Assembly: GCF_000315625.1 (NCBI RefSeq)
Contig: NW_005434648.1
Span: 410,974-474,973 of the forward strand
Reading direction: 5' to 3'
DNA from: Guillardia theta CCMP2712
Lineage: Eukaryota; Protista; Cryptophyta
Length of the DNA stretch: 64,000 bases
Under the pieces are notes generated by a model. It did not search any database. It worked only from the letters and a program-made list of their open reading frames with translations, and was not told the DNA's origin. Shown piece by piece: positions 1 to 13,700 of the stretch. Position 1 is the stretch's first letter. Every line of letters starts with the position of its first letter. The position numbers and the translations under genes were made by a program.

Positions 1-3000
1 GAAACAGACGTCTTACAGATCCGCACCTTGATTTGAAAGACTCGCTCGAGATTCAAATTCATCGTTTCAGTTGGCGCCCTTGTCAAATTGAAGAGTTTCT
101 GAACACGTGAGAAGTCCTCAGAGCTTGTGGGCAACTCTTGAATATTTGTTTCAAGAATCTCGTAAAAGGCATCGAGCTTTTTCAAGTCTTCTTGGGAAGA
201 AGGTGACAACTTGACTCTCTTTCTCAAGGAAATCACAGCAGATATGTCTTCAAGGTTCTCAAGCATTTTTCCTTTGTCCTGTTGTGTGTGAGTAATTTTG
301 ACAACAAAAATATAATTGAATGACCTTCAATGCTTCAACTGTCTCAAAGGTCTCCAATTCCACTGCTTCGTTCATAGGAATGATGCTTCGAATCTTTTCT
401 GAATGCTTAGCAAGCTTCCGTATGTCATTTCCTGACTGCTTGCTCCCTTTCTGCAGCAAGAATAAACACGCCCGCAAAAAGTGGGCGAACAAACCTTGAT
501 GATATCTTGAATCAAAGACAGCTCCGCTAAGGCTTCATGTACGGTATGTCGTTTTACACGTTGCAACGGCATTTTCTCAGAATCAAGTTTCATGCTGGTT
601 AGTTCCCCCTCAAGAGAACCCTTGCTGACTATTCTGTTCAACAAGTTTTGGATGTTGGGGTCAAGTTTTGACCGATATGTTTCATCATTTTCAACGTCAG
701 ACTGGTTTCCTTCCTCGTCTTCATCATCGGATAAGTCAACCAAGGTGAATTTTCCTGGGTGCGTACGAAATGACATAGAGCCTGGAATTCCAAAGTCACA
801 CAACACATTCAGAGGCGAAATATGTATATAAACCAGATTGCCAGGAATTCCTTGTACGCTCCCAGAATCTCTTTTCAAACGCGGCAATAGCATCATTTTT
901 GTCGTTGTAATCAACCACATCGCATCCAGGTTTCTGATCGTATCCAATCAACATATGGACGACGAGGCATCGAACCTGTCCTTACCTCCGTTTCCACTTT
1001 GCCCCATTGCGTGACTAAGTGCCATTTCTCCCCTTTCATGAGACCACCCGCTTCAACCTGGCGAGGGGTTTCAGTATTAACTTCACTGCAATAAATATTT
1101 ACCAATTTGATCGAGAAAAACTGCGTTAGTACATCCCCTTCCTCATCAACTTCTGTCTTTGTCAGATACGCATTGTAGGGAATTCCAGAGTCGTTCTTCA
1201 GAAATGTTGCCTTCGGACGCATAAGAAATCCAAGTGAGTAGAGCTTATCATATTTCATCCAATATTACCTCGGGAACGATGGTTTCTTTGACATTGAATT
1301 GCCTTTTCCGAGCTTCTTTGGAGTAATTGAAGCGCATACGGTATTCCTTTTCCCAGTCCAGTTCTTCGCGAGTTTTTCTATCAGAAAATTCAGATATTTT
1401 TGATTGAAGAGAACAGCTCAGACCTAACGGTAGGTTTGCGCTTTGCCCTGACAGGTTCTTCATCATTATCTAGTTCAGTCTCATTCTGATCCTGATTCCC
1501 GTCGGAATTTTTTTTTGATGATTTTCGTGCACTCTGTGGACTTTCAACAGAGCTTTCGAGGAAAGCAGGTTGATATTCTTGCTCAGCAACGAGCGCTTGT
1601 TGTTCAATGCTTGTTGTGAAAAATGTCTCAAGAACAATTTTGGCACCATGCTTTCTTGCTGATTTCACACGTGAATCCAGGGTTTTCCGTGCTTTCTCTC
1701 TGGCAGAAGATAAAATGTAAGTGTTGCAGAAGGGCCTGGAAAGACTCACTTTTGTGAAAATACTAGATGTGTAACCTTCTTGGTGACTGCAGTTTGCACC
1801 TTGTCAAAAGCAATGAGAACTTGACACGATCACACATCAATCACAACCTTTCCGCCATTCAAGGTGATAAGATCCTGCAATTCCGTTGAAGCTGCTTTGT
1901 TGTTCGCAAAGTAATTCCCTGGATCATGTCAAGGTAAATCAAGACATCTGATCAGATAAATCCACACCAGCAAGTACGACAACACAATCAACAAACAGTC
2001 CACTGTTTTGCTTTCCCTTGCTTTTCTTCATTTTCTTTTTCGGAGTAATCATGTCGTCAGAGTCAGAGTCTGAAGACTCTGTTGGAGGTGTCAAACAAAG
2101 ATTGAATATCAAATTCTTGCTTACCAGAACTTGAAGCAGGTTGTTCGCTCTCACTCTCGTTTGAACCTTGCTTCAATTCTTCGATGTCTTGTGCAGAGAC
2201 ATATTCTAAGGAATTGTGCAATTCCTCAACCTCTTCAGCAGAGATACTTTGGCAGTGCATTACAATCGATGCCACTTGTTCATTGATGTATCCTTTGAAT
2301 TCTTCCACCATCTCATCCCCGAATATCTCCATTAGTTTGTCACGACAAGTTCTCTTGGTGAGGGTGGTGTCCTTCTCTATCACAGCTTTGGAGATGATTT
2401 TCTTCAGCTGCTGTTGCAGTAGTTGCACAGCTCTGTCTTCAAAGCTTTCCTCTTTTGAAGCTTTCTTCTTTTTTGATTTTGACTTGCTCTTGCTTCGACT
2501 CTTGCGCTTTTCATCTTTCTTTCGCTTCCCAGCTGACTTTTGAGCCGGCGATGCTCCCTTTGAAGCTGGCGATGAACGTTTTGAAGGCGGCGATGAGCCT
2601 TTCGAGGATGGCGATTCAAGACTCTTCGTTCGCTTGGTCTTCCTAGACTCGCTTTGCTCCTTTCGCTGTTTGGCAGCTCTGGCAAGCATTTCCAGGCTTC
2701 GTTTCTTGTCGTTGTTTTCAGATATATTCTTCTCAGATGCATCGTCATCTGAGCCCTGATGCATGCTACTTGCACCCTGTTCCTCAGTCGAGCCAGTTCT
2801 TCCGTACTCTTCGGACTCCTCGTTTCCTTCTTTCTGATTCCTCGAGGGCTGTTCGTCCTCCGAGTTGTCGGAGTCAGCTTGCTGAACCAACCGTCCCTTG
2901 CGTTTAGGGGTGCGAGGCTTCTCATCAGTCACAGCATCAGAGTTGAGAGGGGCGTCAGAAGTCTTTGGGTTTTCAACCTCAACATCGGAATCTGATCCTG

Positions 3001-3361
3001 TGTCGTCATTGAGTTGAACCCGCCTACACTTCCCTGTTAGGAACGACTGGGATACATCAACGCAAGGTTCTCACCGTTTGCCATAGCGAGCTTTGTTTAC
3101 AGGCGCATCTTCAGATCCCTTCCCTGCATTTTCAATTCTCTTCTTGACCTGCTTCAAGAACGCTGGCTCTTCATCCTCAACATCGTCTTGGCTGTCTTTG
3201 TCATTATCCCGAGTTGGGTCCGCTGCTCCATCAGCGTCTGCAGCCTCTTGCTCACTCTCCTTGGCACTCGTCCCGTGTTCCTCTTCCTCCTCTCGCTTCT
3301 CCTCCTCTACCTCCTCTCGCCTCTCCTGCCGCTCACCCTCCGACTCAGTGTCGGAAGCCAT
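1..3361 (-). CDS. Poly(ADP-ribose) polymerase-like protein (acidic/basic N-terminus, DEK_C-like, BRCT, WGR, PARP regulatory domain, start of catalytic domain); multi-exon, runs off the window's left end
   Basis: ORF pieces: BRCT-like GLFVDCVVVLAG...VKSARKHGAKIVLETFF; WGR-like YNAYLTKTEV...QFFSIKL...WHLVTQWGKV (911-1258); PARP_reg-like SKLDPNIQNLLNRI...MKLDSEKMPL (372-947); short GT-AG introns between them. Confidence 0.8.
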
Positions 3362-3690
3362 TGCCACTGGTGGGTTTTGGCGGGAATCAGAAGTTTGCGT
3401 GAAAGTTCGGTGGTCTCTTTGAAAGTTTCAAACTTCCTTGAGCAAAAACTTGATGGAATTGTTCTTCAAAGTTCAGCAGCTCGAAGTTACATATTTCAGT
3501 CGAAAATCTTGTATATTCCGAATAATTGGAGTAAATTTCAAAAAATAATCAAAATATTTCGCACATGACCCAGGAACTTTCCAGCAAAGCCACGAATTCT
3601 CTCATGCGCCAATGGCGGGGCAATGAAGTAAATGGAGGGGCGGCGAAGCTGCCCCGGTGATGGCGGTTGCGAAGTCTCGCAGGAAAAATG

Positions 3691-3750
3691 CATGGAAGTA
3701 AGGACAGCAACATGCCACCCATGGAAATAAGGACAGGAACATGCCACCCC
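3691..3750. repeat. Two-copy ~30-bp tandem repeat in divergent intergenic region
   Basis: catggaagtaaggacagcaacatgccaccc followed directly by atggaaataaggacaggaacatgccacccc. Confidence 0.75.
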
Positions 3751-3886
3751 CCTTGGTAGGTTAAGGCAGATTCGTGGAGGGACCGCGACAGGAACCATTT
3801 GGTGTTTGGATCTGCGATGGAATTTGCCGGGGGGTCTGATAGCAACAGCTCTTACCTTCAAGAGTGTAAGAACCATCTCTACAGGT

Positions 3887-6800
3887 ATGGAACCGTTAGA
3901 TGTTGCACGTCGTCCATGTCCTGACTTGTTCGGAAGTGCATACGATGGTACCCAGAAGAGCATTCAGGTTCCATCTGACCTGTCGATATGGCGCGATGCC
4001 TTGACCATGCCTGTCATTCGCAGATGGCTGCCTCGTTCGTCGCATCTCACCCTGACATGAAGAGAACATTCGCTCAGATCTGGAAGACGTATATGCAATG
4101 TGTTTGGATGGTGTTGTAGTGACTTCCTGGACTCAGCTGCTTGGAAAGATGCTTCATGGACACGTCAGTGTCGCAAGCGCTGTCCTTGATCTACGTCTCC
4201 AACGAGCTGCTTCAAGTCTCCTGCCCCTTTCTGACAAGCTGCAAGTCTCCTCACTAGCTCCAGGTCTATGGCAACAATCCGGAGTGGCACCACCTATTCG
4301 CGGAGCTACTGCCCCAGTACTTGCCGAGGTTGTACTCGATCTGTATCAGTATTGGAGGTGATTTCACGATGGTGGGTGTTGAGGCATCTCATTGCTTGTT
4401 CAGAGAACATCATTGCAGCAAAAGTCATGAACCTTCCCAAGATCGTATGGAGGAGCAGAATGGTGTTCTCCGACCCTTTCTGTGAGAAGCTCGTCAACGA
4501 TTGTTTGTTCGGATTCAACGGGGTACATGCTCCTCAACCTTGTGGGGAGTATGTCGCACAATCTTCAGTAACGACTCCTGTATGATCTGCAAAAATAGTT
4601 TCTTTGCATCTTCTGATATTGAAGCACAGATGTCAAACGTCCACTGTCCCACACAAAGGTAAATTCCTCCTGCATGAACATTCGTTTTGCTGTGCTGAAG
4701 AATGCCCTTTTTTAACAGCGAGAACTTGAATATGTTCTCGGGGGGAGCGAGCAATGGCCATCAGATACATATTGTAGAACTATTTTGTCGTTTTCTCTCC
4801 TGTCTTCTATGCTCATTTCTTGCCCTGCAGGGTGATCATGAAATGTTCCGTGTGAAATGGGTTGGGCTCTTTCCAGTTAGCTTGCATTCTGTGGATTTCC
4901 ACAGTATAGAAAACAATCTTCCTCAGCAACCTCAGAACTTCGAGGTGAGAGATCATTTCAATCATTTTGCTTCTAACATAGTTGAAAGATCTCCAAAGCA
5001 ATTCAAACCATTATCAAACAGGTAGGAAATGGTGGATTTTAAGTAGAAATCATGAATGATTTTATCTTCTTTGCTCGTTTCAATTCAAACAGTCTGGTGA
5101 GCATATGTCATCCACTGTCGTCAGCAAGGAAGTAGTTTTGAGGACTTTGGCGAACATCGGCCAGAAGGTGCATGAGCGGTCTGGCACATAATTGTTTCGT
5201 CAAACTCAACCTTGGAGCAGGCAGCGGACACTTGTCACAACAGTCTGCAGGAGATGGCGCGATTTATGCACGATAAGTGAGATTGATCGTTTGACTGTGC
5301 CTCGTTTGATCTCGAGGATCAGAGCAAGGAAAGACAGCGAGCAAAGACTTCTCCTTGCACTCTCTGGCGTTCAGGTAGTTTGTTTGCAAGAACTTCACCT
5401 TTGCTTGTCTGAGTTTTCGATCTCTCCTCCTATCTTGTCATCTTTGTTGTACGCTATCTCTCACCGTCTTGCCCCGTAGGCATTGCAAACTGTGGCTGTG
5501 CAAAACGCAGAGACTGAGAAGAACCTGATGATCGCAATTCAGAACATCCAGAACTTATTTCAGTACGATTGAATGACCTTCTTCATGCTTGTACCTTACA
5601 TCAAACCACAGGATGCGATGGACAGATGATCTCGCGGCTTGGAATTTAGCGATCGATCAATTTGGTTGGGTTTCAACTCCTTTCATTTCGGTTTACATCC
5701 CTCTCCTTGAGGTGAGCTTGTTCTATTCATACTGGTTGTGTCATCTGGACTGTTTGTTCCGCTCGTCAAAACTTCTGTATGCTGACGTGTCTGATCAGAA
5801 CTTGGCTGAAAGACTTTTGACGGACAACTCCGAGAGGATCGAGCCATCACCTGTGAGCTCTTGCTCAAGTTTGTTGAGATGATCGTTTAATGTTCTTACT
5901 GTAACAGGTGAATAACGGCTCTTCATCTTCATCTTTTCAACAGCCTGGCTCCCTTACCGACGATCTCTTGTTATCTGTACGACCTCGTCCTCCTCCCAAT
6001 CTGTTGTGATCATGCTTGCAGATCTTTGCTCAATTTGTGGAGCATCAATCGTCCAATGCCCTCCCTGCCTCAGACGGCCTCACTTCCTATCCTTTCCCGA
6101 GCCTCCAAACGCAGTCGCCGCTTGCTCTCCCAGCCGCCTCTCACGTGGCTGCCCCTTCAAACCCTCCCGCTGTTCCATCCGTTCCTCCTACTGATCCCCG
6201 TGTACTGTTTACCTCCAGCAGCGGGCCACTGCAGCAAACCCACTCAGGAGACAAGGAGAAGAACTGGTCGCCTCCTACGGACCCTCGTCTTGCTCTCCGT
6301 CGGCCGAAGATTGGGGAGGCGAAGCTCGAAGACCATGGTGGCAAGAGCCCTCCTCTGAGCGAGAGAGAAGAGCAGGAGGAGGGGAGCAGGAGGGATCTGG
6401 AGCAGGAGGAGAAGAGGAACGAAAAGAATGAAGCTGGGCAAGCAGAAGGAGAGGAGCACAAGGGCTCGAATGGAAACATTTCGAAGATGGATGCTCCCTC
6501 CCGATCAGGTGACGAGGAGGCGGTCAAGGACGGCGGAGGTGCAGGGAGCAAGAGGAGCATCCAGTCCTCCGGGCCCGCGGGGCATGCAGAGGACGACATC
6601 ATCCTGGAGAAGCAGGAGCTCTCCCTCCTTTGTCCGCTCTCACTCGTCCGAATGCGAGTGCCTGTCCGGGGTGACTGCTGTGAGCACATTCAGGTCCTTC
6701 TTCCGCTCATCCCCTCTCCTTGCTTTCCATCCTCTCCCTGCTACTTCTCCTTGCCTTCCTGTTTGTTTCCGCTCCTTTGTCCTTCCCCTTCTTCTCTCAT

Positions 6801-7278
6801 TGCGCTGCTCCCTTTCCGAGTCTTACTCTCCCTTATCTCATCCGACTCTCCTTCACCTGACTGTCTCCCAGTGCTTCGACCAGGACGCCTGGCACTCCTT
6901 CGTCTCCAAGCAGAACTCCAACAGACCCCCCCACTGTCCAATCTGCAAGAAACCCGTCACAACGACATCTGAGGATCCTCGCTTCGCCCGACTGCTCGAG
7001 CTTGTGCCCAAGGAGACGAGCAAAGTTTGGGTGGACGAGGAGGTGAGAAGAGGAGGAGAATGAACGAGGGGCTGAGTGTCTTGCAGTGGCAGCCGGTGAT
7101 TGAAGAGGACGATCAAGTATCTAAGAAGGTGAGGGAGGAGGAGGAGGAGGAGGACGGAAAGGAGGAGGAGGAGAAGGACGGGGAGGAGAGGAAGAGGAGG
7201 AGAAGGGTTGATTTCATATGTTGCAGGCGAGATATGAAGATTTGCAGAACGATTCAGATTCAGATGTCATCGTGCTAG
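3887..7278 (+). CDS. Multi-exon locus encoding an SP-RING (MIZ/PIAS-type) zinc finger, with upstream CID-like and F-box-like segments (may be more than one gene)
   Basis: LSLLCPLSLVRMRVPVRGDCCEHIQ|CFDQDAW...HCPICKK (~6620-6950) matches SP-RING; TQKSIQ|MAASFVASHP and VWRSRMVFSDPFCEKL resemble a CTD-interacting domain; KEVVLRTLANIGQK|RTLVTTVCRRWRDL resembles an F-box. Confidence 0.6.
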
Positions 7279-7714
7279 ATTGAAGGGGAGCTCGGTCATT
7301 ATCAAAAGCTGATATACCATGATAGGACAGGGAGGCGGAAAGGGAGGAGAACTTGTAATTTTATGTAGTTGTATTTGTTCAGCAAGCTAGCAGGTAGGGT
7401 GGAGACTACTGAGGGAGAAATTGATAGAAATCAGGACATACAAGCGCGAGTGATTAGAGACATGTATTCGGTAAATAGAGGAACGATACCCTAAACCACT
7501 TGCTCTATCGTTGAATGGAGATGTTGTGGAGGGAGCAGCCGTGGAAACAGTGAAAAGAAGTTGCACGTCTTGTCAAGTCAGTGCAAACCAAGTTTCTCTC
7601 TTGCATTCACATCTTTATGGTAAAATCAGACCTCAACAGTCTATATCGATTAAGATTCCACCCGGCCCCTAACAATCACCGCCAACAACGTGGCCGCTAT
7701 CACCATCACGTTCT

Positions 7715-10700
7715 TTCATATCAAGTCAACATCTCAGAGTCTTGTACTTCCACATCGACATCTTCCTTCTTGGTCACCTTGGCCTGTACGTAGATGCGAG
7801 CAGCCTTGAGCTTCTTGTAAAATCGCGGATTCTCAATCTGAAGCGCGACGGGCTCGTCGGGGAAGGTGGAGGTGAGTTTTGAGATGTCGAGGTAAGCAGT
7901 GCCGATGAGGTCGTCTTTGGTTATCTATGAACAGCTGAGAAAGAGGAGAAAACGAGAGAAAGGAGCGAAAGGGGGAGGGCAGGGCAGGGCAGGGCAGGGC
8001 AGGGCAGGGCAGGGCAGGGCAGGGCAGGGCAGGGCAGGGCAGGGCAGGGCAGGGCAGGGCAGGGCAGGGCAGGGCAGGGCAGGGAAGAAGAAAAAGGATA
8101 GAGTAAGGAAAGGAAAGAAATGAAGATAGCACAGAGAGAGAAGAAAGTGTAGGTAGGAGCTGAAAAGAGGAAAGTCCTTCGGGGAAGAAAAGAACATAAA
8201 GAGGATGAAGATGAACAGAAGTCACGTTGGATATCACGGCAGATGATTATGATGAGTTAGAGGTAGTGGAAAGGGGGATCGGGGTTGGGGGGGGGGGAGG
8301 GCGGGGGAAGGAGAGATGGAGGAGAAAGAGGAGAACGGGGAGGAGGATGAGGAGGAGGAGGATGAGCAGCAGCAGCAGCAGCAGCAGCTCGACTCACATT
8401 GTCCTTATCCCACACGGAGATAGTGACTATGGTGCTGTTGCTGTACACCTTCCACTCGAACGCCTCGTCCCACGTCGGGTTGACCTGCTTCCTGATGATC
8501 TTGCTCATGTACGAGTCCCTGCTGCCCTCCCCGTCCAGAAAGAGGATGCAGTACGGGTCGCAGCTCCTTACGAGATCCATCCTGGGGAGATGCTCTGCCC
8601 GGACGAGCCGGAGGGTTAGAGTCCCTAGAGCACCTGCTCCTCTACCCTGATCCTCCTCCTCCTCCTCCTCCTGGATGGTGACCGAGCTCTTCTGCGCTAT
8701 CCCCTCCATCACTTGCACGATCCTCTTCTGCTGAGCCACCAGCTGATTCTGCAGCGCGTTCATGGAGAGAAGCCGCCTGCATGAGGAGTTATGTGATACC
8801 CCTTCCTCCTCCTTCTCTACCTCCTCCACCTCCTCTATCTCCCCCTATACCCGCTTCATCGCCTTCGCTCCTAGTTCTCCCCCGTCCCCCGTCCTTCTTC
8901 CTTCACCACCTCTTCGTTCTCTACATCTTCCTCTTCCATCCCTACCTTCCTCTTCTTCTCCACCTTCCCTCCTCACCCTCCTTCCCTCCTCACCTCATGT
9001 TCTCTATCTCGAGGATGAGCTTGAAGTCCTGGTTCTTCCTATCCTGCAACTCGGACAGGTCTTCCCCGTAACGATCCAGCAAGTTGTGAATCGCCTCGCT
9101 GTCCTCCATCCCCCCGACCTCTTCCCCATCCTCCTGCCCCTCAGCCTGCCCTTCCACAGGATGCACCCTTGGTCCTCCCGTCTTCCCCAGGAACAGCTCG
9201 AGATCCTGGTAGTCGACTTTGATTCCTCCTCGGATCAGGATGGCGCGCTGGTAGGCCATGCGCTTGCTGATGTCGAGCTTCACCTTGTGCATCTGCTGCA
9301 TCCTCTCCTTCTCCTCCAGCAGCCTCTGCTTCAGCCTTTGGTTTGAGATGAAGGAGCTCCCGGGCAGCACCAGCCGCTTCACCTCGTGCGCTACCACAGA
9401 GGAGAAGTCGCTGATGAGGCCGGTGGAGCCGTCGGTGTGGCTCTTGACGTTGGCGTACGCGTCGACGAGGATGGCGAGGAAGATGTTAAAGAGGATGAAG
9501 AAGACGATGAAGAGGTAGGACCAGAGAAAGATGTGGAAGGCCGCAAAGTCCGAAGCATGCGACATCTGCGAGAGGAGCAGGTCAGGGAGGAGGACGGGAA
9601 GGGGAAGATCTTACGGAGGAGAAGAACTGAGTCGTGTCGAAGTTGAGGAGGAATATGGTGAGGGTGATGCAGGAGCTCGAAAGGTTCTTCATGCCCTGCA
9701 CCATGCTCGTCAGCTATCGCAGGGAGGGGAGGAGGGGAGGGAGGGGAGCGGGATAGCAGGGGAGAGGAGAGGGTGAGGAGAGGGAGAGCAGTGTCGGAGA
9801 GAGTCAGAGAGGGGAGGAAGAGGAGGCGACAGACCTCAAACTGATGACCGAAGAGCAGGACGCCGACGATGGCGTAGCCCATGAAGACGATGAGGAAGAG
9901 GAGGATGAAGTGCCAGAGATCGCTCGCAGCGTTAGAGATCGTCCTTGTCACCATCCCCATCCTCTCCTGGAAGTCGAGGGACTTGAGCATTCTGAGCACG
10001 AAGAGGACGACGCTGACCCCCGCGAAGAAGGAGAACACCTGCATCGTGCTGGAGATGCGCTGCATGGTGTGGATCAGGCTCAGGAAGTCGAACTCTGCCT
10101 GGTTGTTGGTTCGAAACATCCTCGCGCTCGCTGGTTTCGTAGCCGAGAGCGGAGCCTCGAAGGTCCTCGCTGCCCCGTACCTCCTCGACGTGCTGTTGTC
10201 GTACTTGGGTCCGTAGAAGAGGATGGGATAGTTGGGGAGGAGGGTCAAGCCCTGCACCTCAGCTCTGTGCACGAACCAGGTGACGACAGTTCCCCACATG
10301 AAGACAAAGTGAAGGAGGTCAACCCAGTTGAACAGGTCGGCGAAGTACTCGTGGAGGGCAAACTTCCTAGCCTGCACCATGATGTCCATGATTTCCAGTA
10401 TGCAGTTGATAGCGAGGAAGAGGATCACGAGGAGCATCAGGACGGCCTGAACGACGCTGGGGTAGAGGATGCGGTCGAAGGAGATGGTCTTGATATTGTA
10501 GTTCCAAGGGATCTTCCCGCTGGTCTCCCACTTGAACGAGATGTCGAGGTAGAGGAAGAGGTTCTTCACAGCGTTGAACGTCACCACCTCCACGTGCAGC
10601 TCTTGCGTCTGAGCGTCAAGGAACTTCCCGTCCTTGGCAAACGCCACCATGGCCTGCGCCTGCTTCTGCGTCAGCCGCTCGTCGAAGAAGAGCTTGAAGC

Positions 10701-13700
10701 TGTTTCTGTCCTCCCCATGAACAACCTTCGCATCCTTCTCATGCACCGTCTCGTAGCTCTTGTCCATCGCCAGCTCCTCTAGCGACAGGGTCCCGTCCAG
10801 GTTCGCGTCCAGCCAGTTGGCGTCGTACTCGTGAGGAAAGAAGCCCTTGGGGAAGGAGAGGGTGGAGGAGCCGTCGGTGCCGTTGACCGCGTGCCGTTCG
10901 CTGGGCCCGTAGAACATCTCGGGCCGGAGCTTCCCGTTGTAGATGGAGCTGAAGGGCATGAAAGTCGCGTCGTAGCCGAAGGGCTTCGGGTCAAACTGCT
11001 GCTCCGAGGGGCACAGGACTCCCTCCTTGGCGGACTGAGTGAAGGCCTTCACGTCAGGCTTCTGGATGCCCTGGGAGCAATCTTCTCCCTTCCTCCTCCT
11101 CTGCGAGATCACGATCCCTCCCACCATCCGGTTGTACGGCGTCAGCTCTCGCACCTTGGGCTGGAACTGGGGGATGACGGTGGGGGTCTTGCCACGGGCG
11201 TTGAACTTCCAGACCTCGAACTCGTGGTTGTCCTTGCAGTTCGTGTCCAAGTAGGACAAGATCTTGCTGGCGTCGATGCACTCCGGGTAGCCTCCTGACC
11301 CAGGGCACTTGTCTTGCGGGCAGTGACCGGTGTAAGAGTCCCTGCTGTCTACGATGCAGAACGAGCACTCGAGACAAACTCCAAAGTCATACCCGGCATC
11401 AGGGACTCGGTAGCAGAAGGCTGAGTCCGGACAGTCGTAGTGGGTCACACAAGCCTCGTAGAAGCCAGACGTCTGCAGCTGAGAGGAGATGGAGGAGGAC
11501 CGCAGGGAGAGGCTGGTGTGAGGGAAGGCAGCGGGGTAGCCGGTGAGGAGGGAAGCGAGCGCGGCCTTGAAGCTCGTGTCGACCGCCACCACCTCAAGGT
11601 TGGAGGACGTGAAGACTTTGACCGTGACGTCAGCGACGGAGAGGCTAGAGGCGTCAGCCGACTGGGACAAGACAGCCGAGCCGAGGGCTATCCTGCTCTT
11701 GTCCTCGTTGAGAGCCGTCGAGAGAGCAGACTGGAGCCAAGTGAAGCTCGCGTTAGCGTCGAAGGTCTGGTTGTTGAGCTCCACCACGCGGAAGGTCGCG
11801 GAGAGAAAGGGAGGAGGGAAGACGCAGATATGAAAGGGAGTGCCCATGGCACTCGGCAGAGTCCCCGAGCAGGCGATGGCGAGGACGGAGACATCGGTAC
11901 CTTCGACATCGGCGGTCTCAAGGAACACATTCGCGTACGTCGGGTTGGAGTAGAAGGGCCCGGTAGTGCAACTTGGCTGCATCAGGCAGACGTTCTGACT
12001 GTCGCACAGCGTGACTACGTAGGCGATCTTGGCGCTGGTGGTAGTGGACTTGATCTCAAAGTCCACGAAGAAGTTCTCTCCGTCGCAGGAGGTTGTCACA
12101 GTCTGGTCGACCAGCTTCACCGTCGCTGCTGTTGGTCTCGTCGGACATGCCTGCCCCCCCCAAGTCGCGCAGATGGAAGCGAGCGAGTCAGGGAGGATGA
12201 CTTGCACGCGAGCTCGCCACGAAGGGATGGAGATCGTAGGCGTCGGCTCTCCCGGCCGGGCACCGTTGCAGACGGTCACGTCAGAGGACGAGCACTCTGT
12301 GCTGCAGGCGTCGTCAGTGCAGGCACAGGCCGTGATGCCGTAGGAGCAGGTGGAGGATGAGGGCGGGCCCAGGTTGACGACGCCGACGGTGAAGGTGAGG
12401 TTGTTCTGATAGTTGGCTAGCGACACGATGTAGCAGGCCTCAGTCCCTTGGCTCCCTATGCTGTAAACATATCCAGCGTCCTGATCAGCAATCTCAGTGC
12501 AGCTTGAGCTCCTGAGCGCTACTTGTCTCTTCGTCTGCCTCTGCTTCGGTCGGAAAGCTCTTAGTGACTTGCTGCGTGACTGCAGCGTCGGAAAGCGTGA
12601 CTTCACCGTTGGGGAGAGCTCCTTCAGCCCGACATCCTTCTGCCTCGAATGTGCGGAAGTCATCGAGCCCTCGTACTTTCTTCTCATCTTCTCTGCTTGC
12701 TCGGAGTGATGCTCCCACAGGACAACCTGTTGTTGTCTGGCTCTCCTTGATACCTTCGCAGGGCAGGTTGTTTCAGCCTGTCCGAAGAAGGCCATGTTTT
12801 CAGCAGAGTCGATCCCTCCTGTTCTGTTGGGGACCGACGTGCAGAACAAAACCTGGATGGAGCGTCAAGGTGAGTTTGACCTTCCGACTCAACGATTACC
12901 TCAGCAACTGTGTCGAAAGAGTTTGTAGATGTCTTGCTCGTAATACTCCCATTCAAGCCATAGCTTGCCATGACTCGGAAAAGCACATCTTCAAACAGGA
13001 CAGCAAAGATCAGTCATCGTCGTCGAAGTGAAGATCTTTCGAAAGAATACCTGGAATGTTTAGGTTTGAACACTTCGGATCCAGGAACATGGCCTCTGAA
13101 GAGAAGCAGTAATCTATGATTCCTGATAGCAACAAATATGATGCAGTGATGAACTCCTTCTTGTCGCCATAAGAGAAATCGTTCAAACTGTTCCGCTCTG
13201 GGATTGTGCTGAAAGCAAAACAAGCATCAGTCAAACTCATCAAGAAACACACATCAATTCCGTTCAACACCTCGGAACAATCCCAAGGTCTTTAAGAGCT
13301 GCGTTGTCCACAAGCTCGCTGGTCTTGACCGTCTGATAAAGCACAAGGTTGAACTTGCCGTCAGGCACGTCCACGACAAGCTTCGAATCATTTCTATCGG
13401 TCTCGAACAAGAAGTTTCCCATGGTCTGACTGTAGATGTTGTACTTGAACCCGCCCTTCCTCGCATCCTGAATCATGCTCTGAGTCGAAAGATCCCAGTT
13501 GAGGCTCTTGGCACTTGTTTGCACCACGTCTTCCAGGTTGATAGAGAGCGATGTCACATTCAAGTAATTCCCACAGTCGATGATGCAGCCAAACCGACCA
13601 AACCCAGGGTATTCATCCGGACTATCACACTTGCCGTCCCCACAGACAGGATCGTTGAACACTTGTTTGATCAGAGCGTCGTTCAACCAGGTGTAAAATT

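Noticed and set aside
7833-8237. ORFs with PCPAL/GQGRA repeats (also 39597-39884), and similar ACLP, CSCS, poly-S/H/L ORFs elsewhere
   Set aside because: Translations of intronic microsatellites, not proteins
9844-12360. Long antisense ORFs (312 and 306 aa, and counterparts at 35528-38044)
   Set aside because: Shadow ORFs from the GC3-rich codon usage of the polycystin gene
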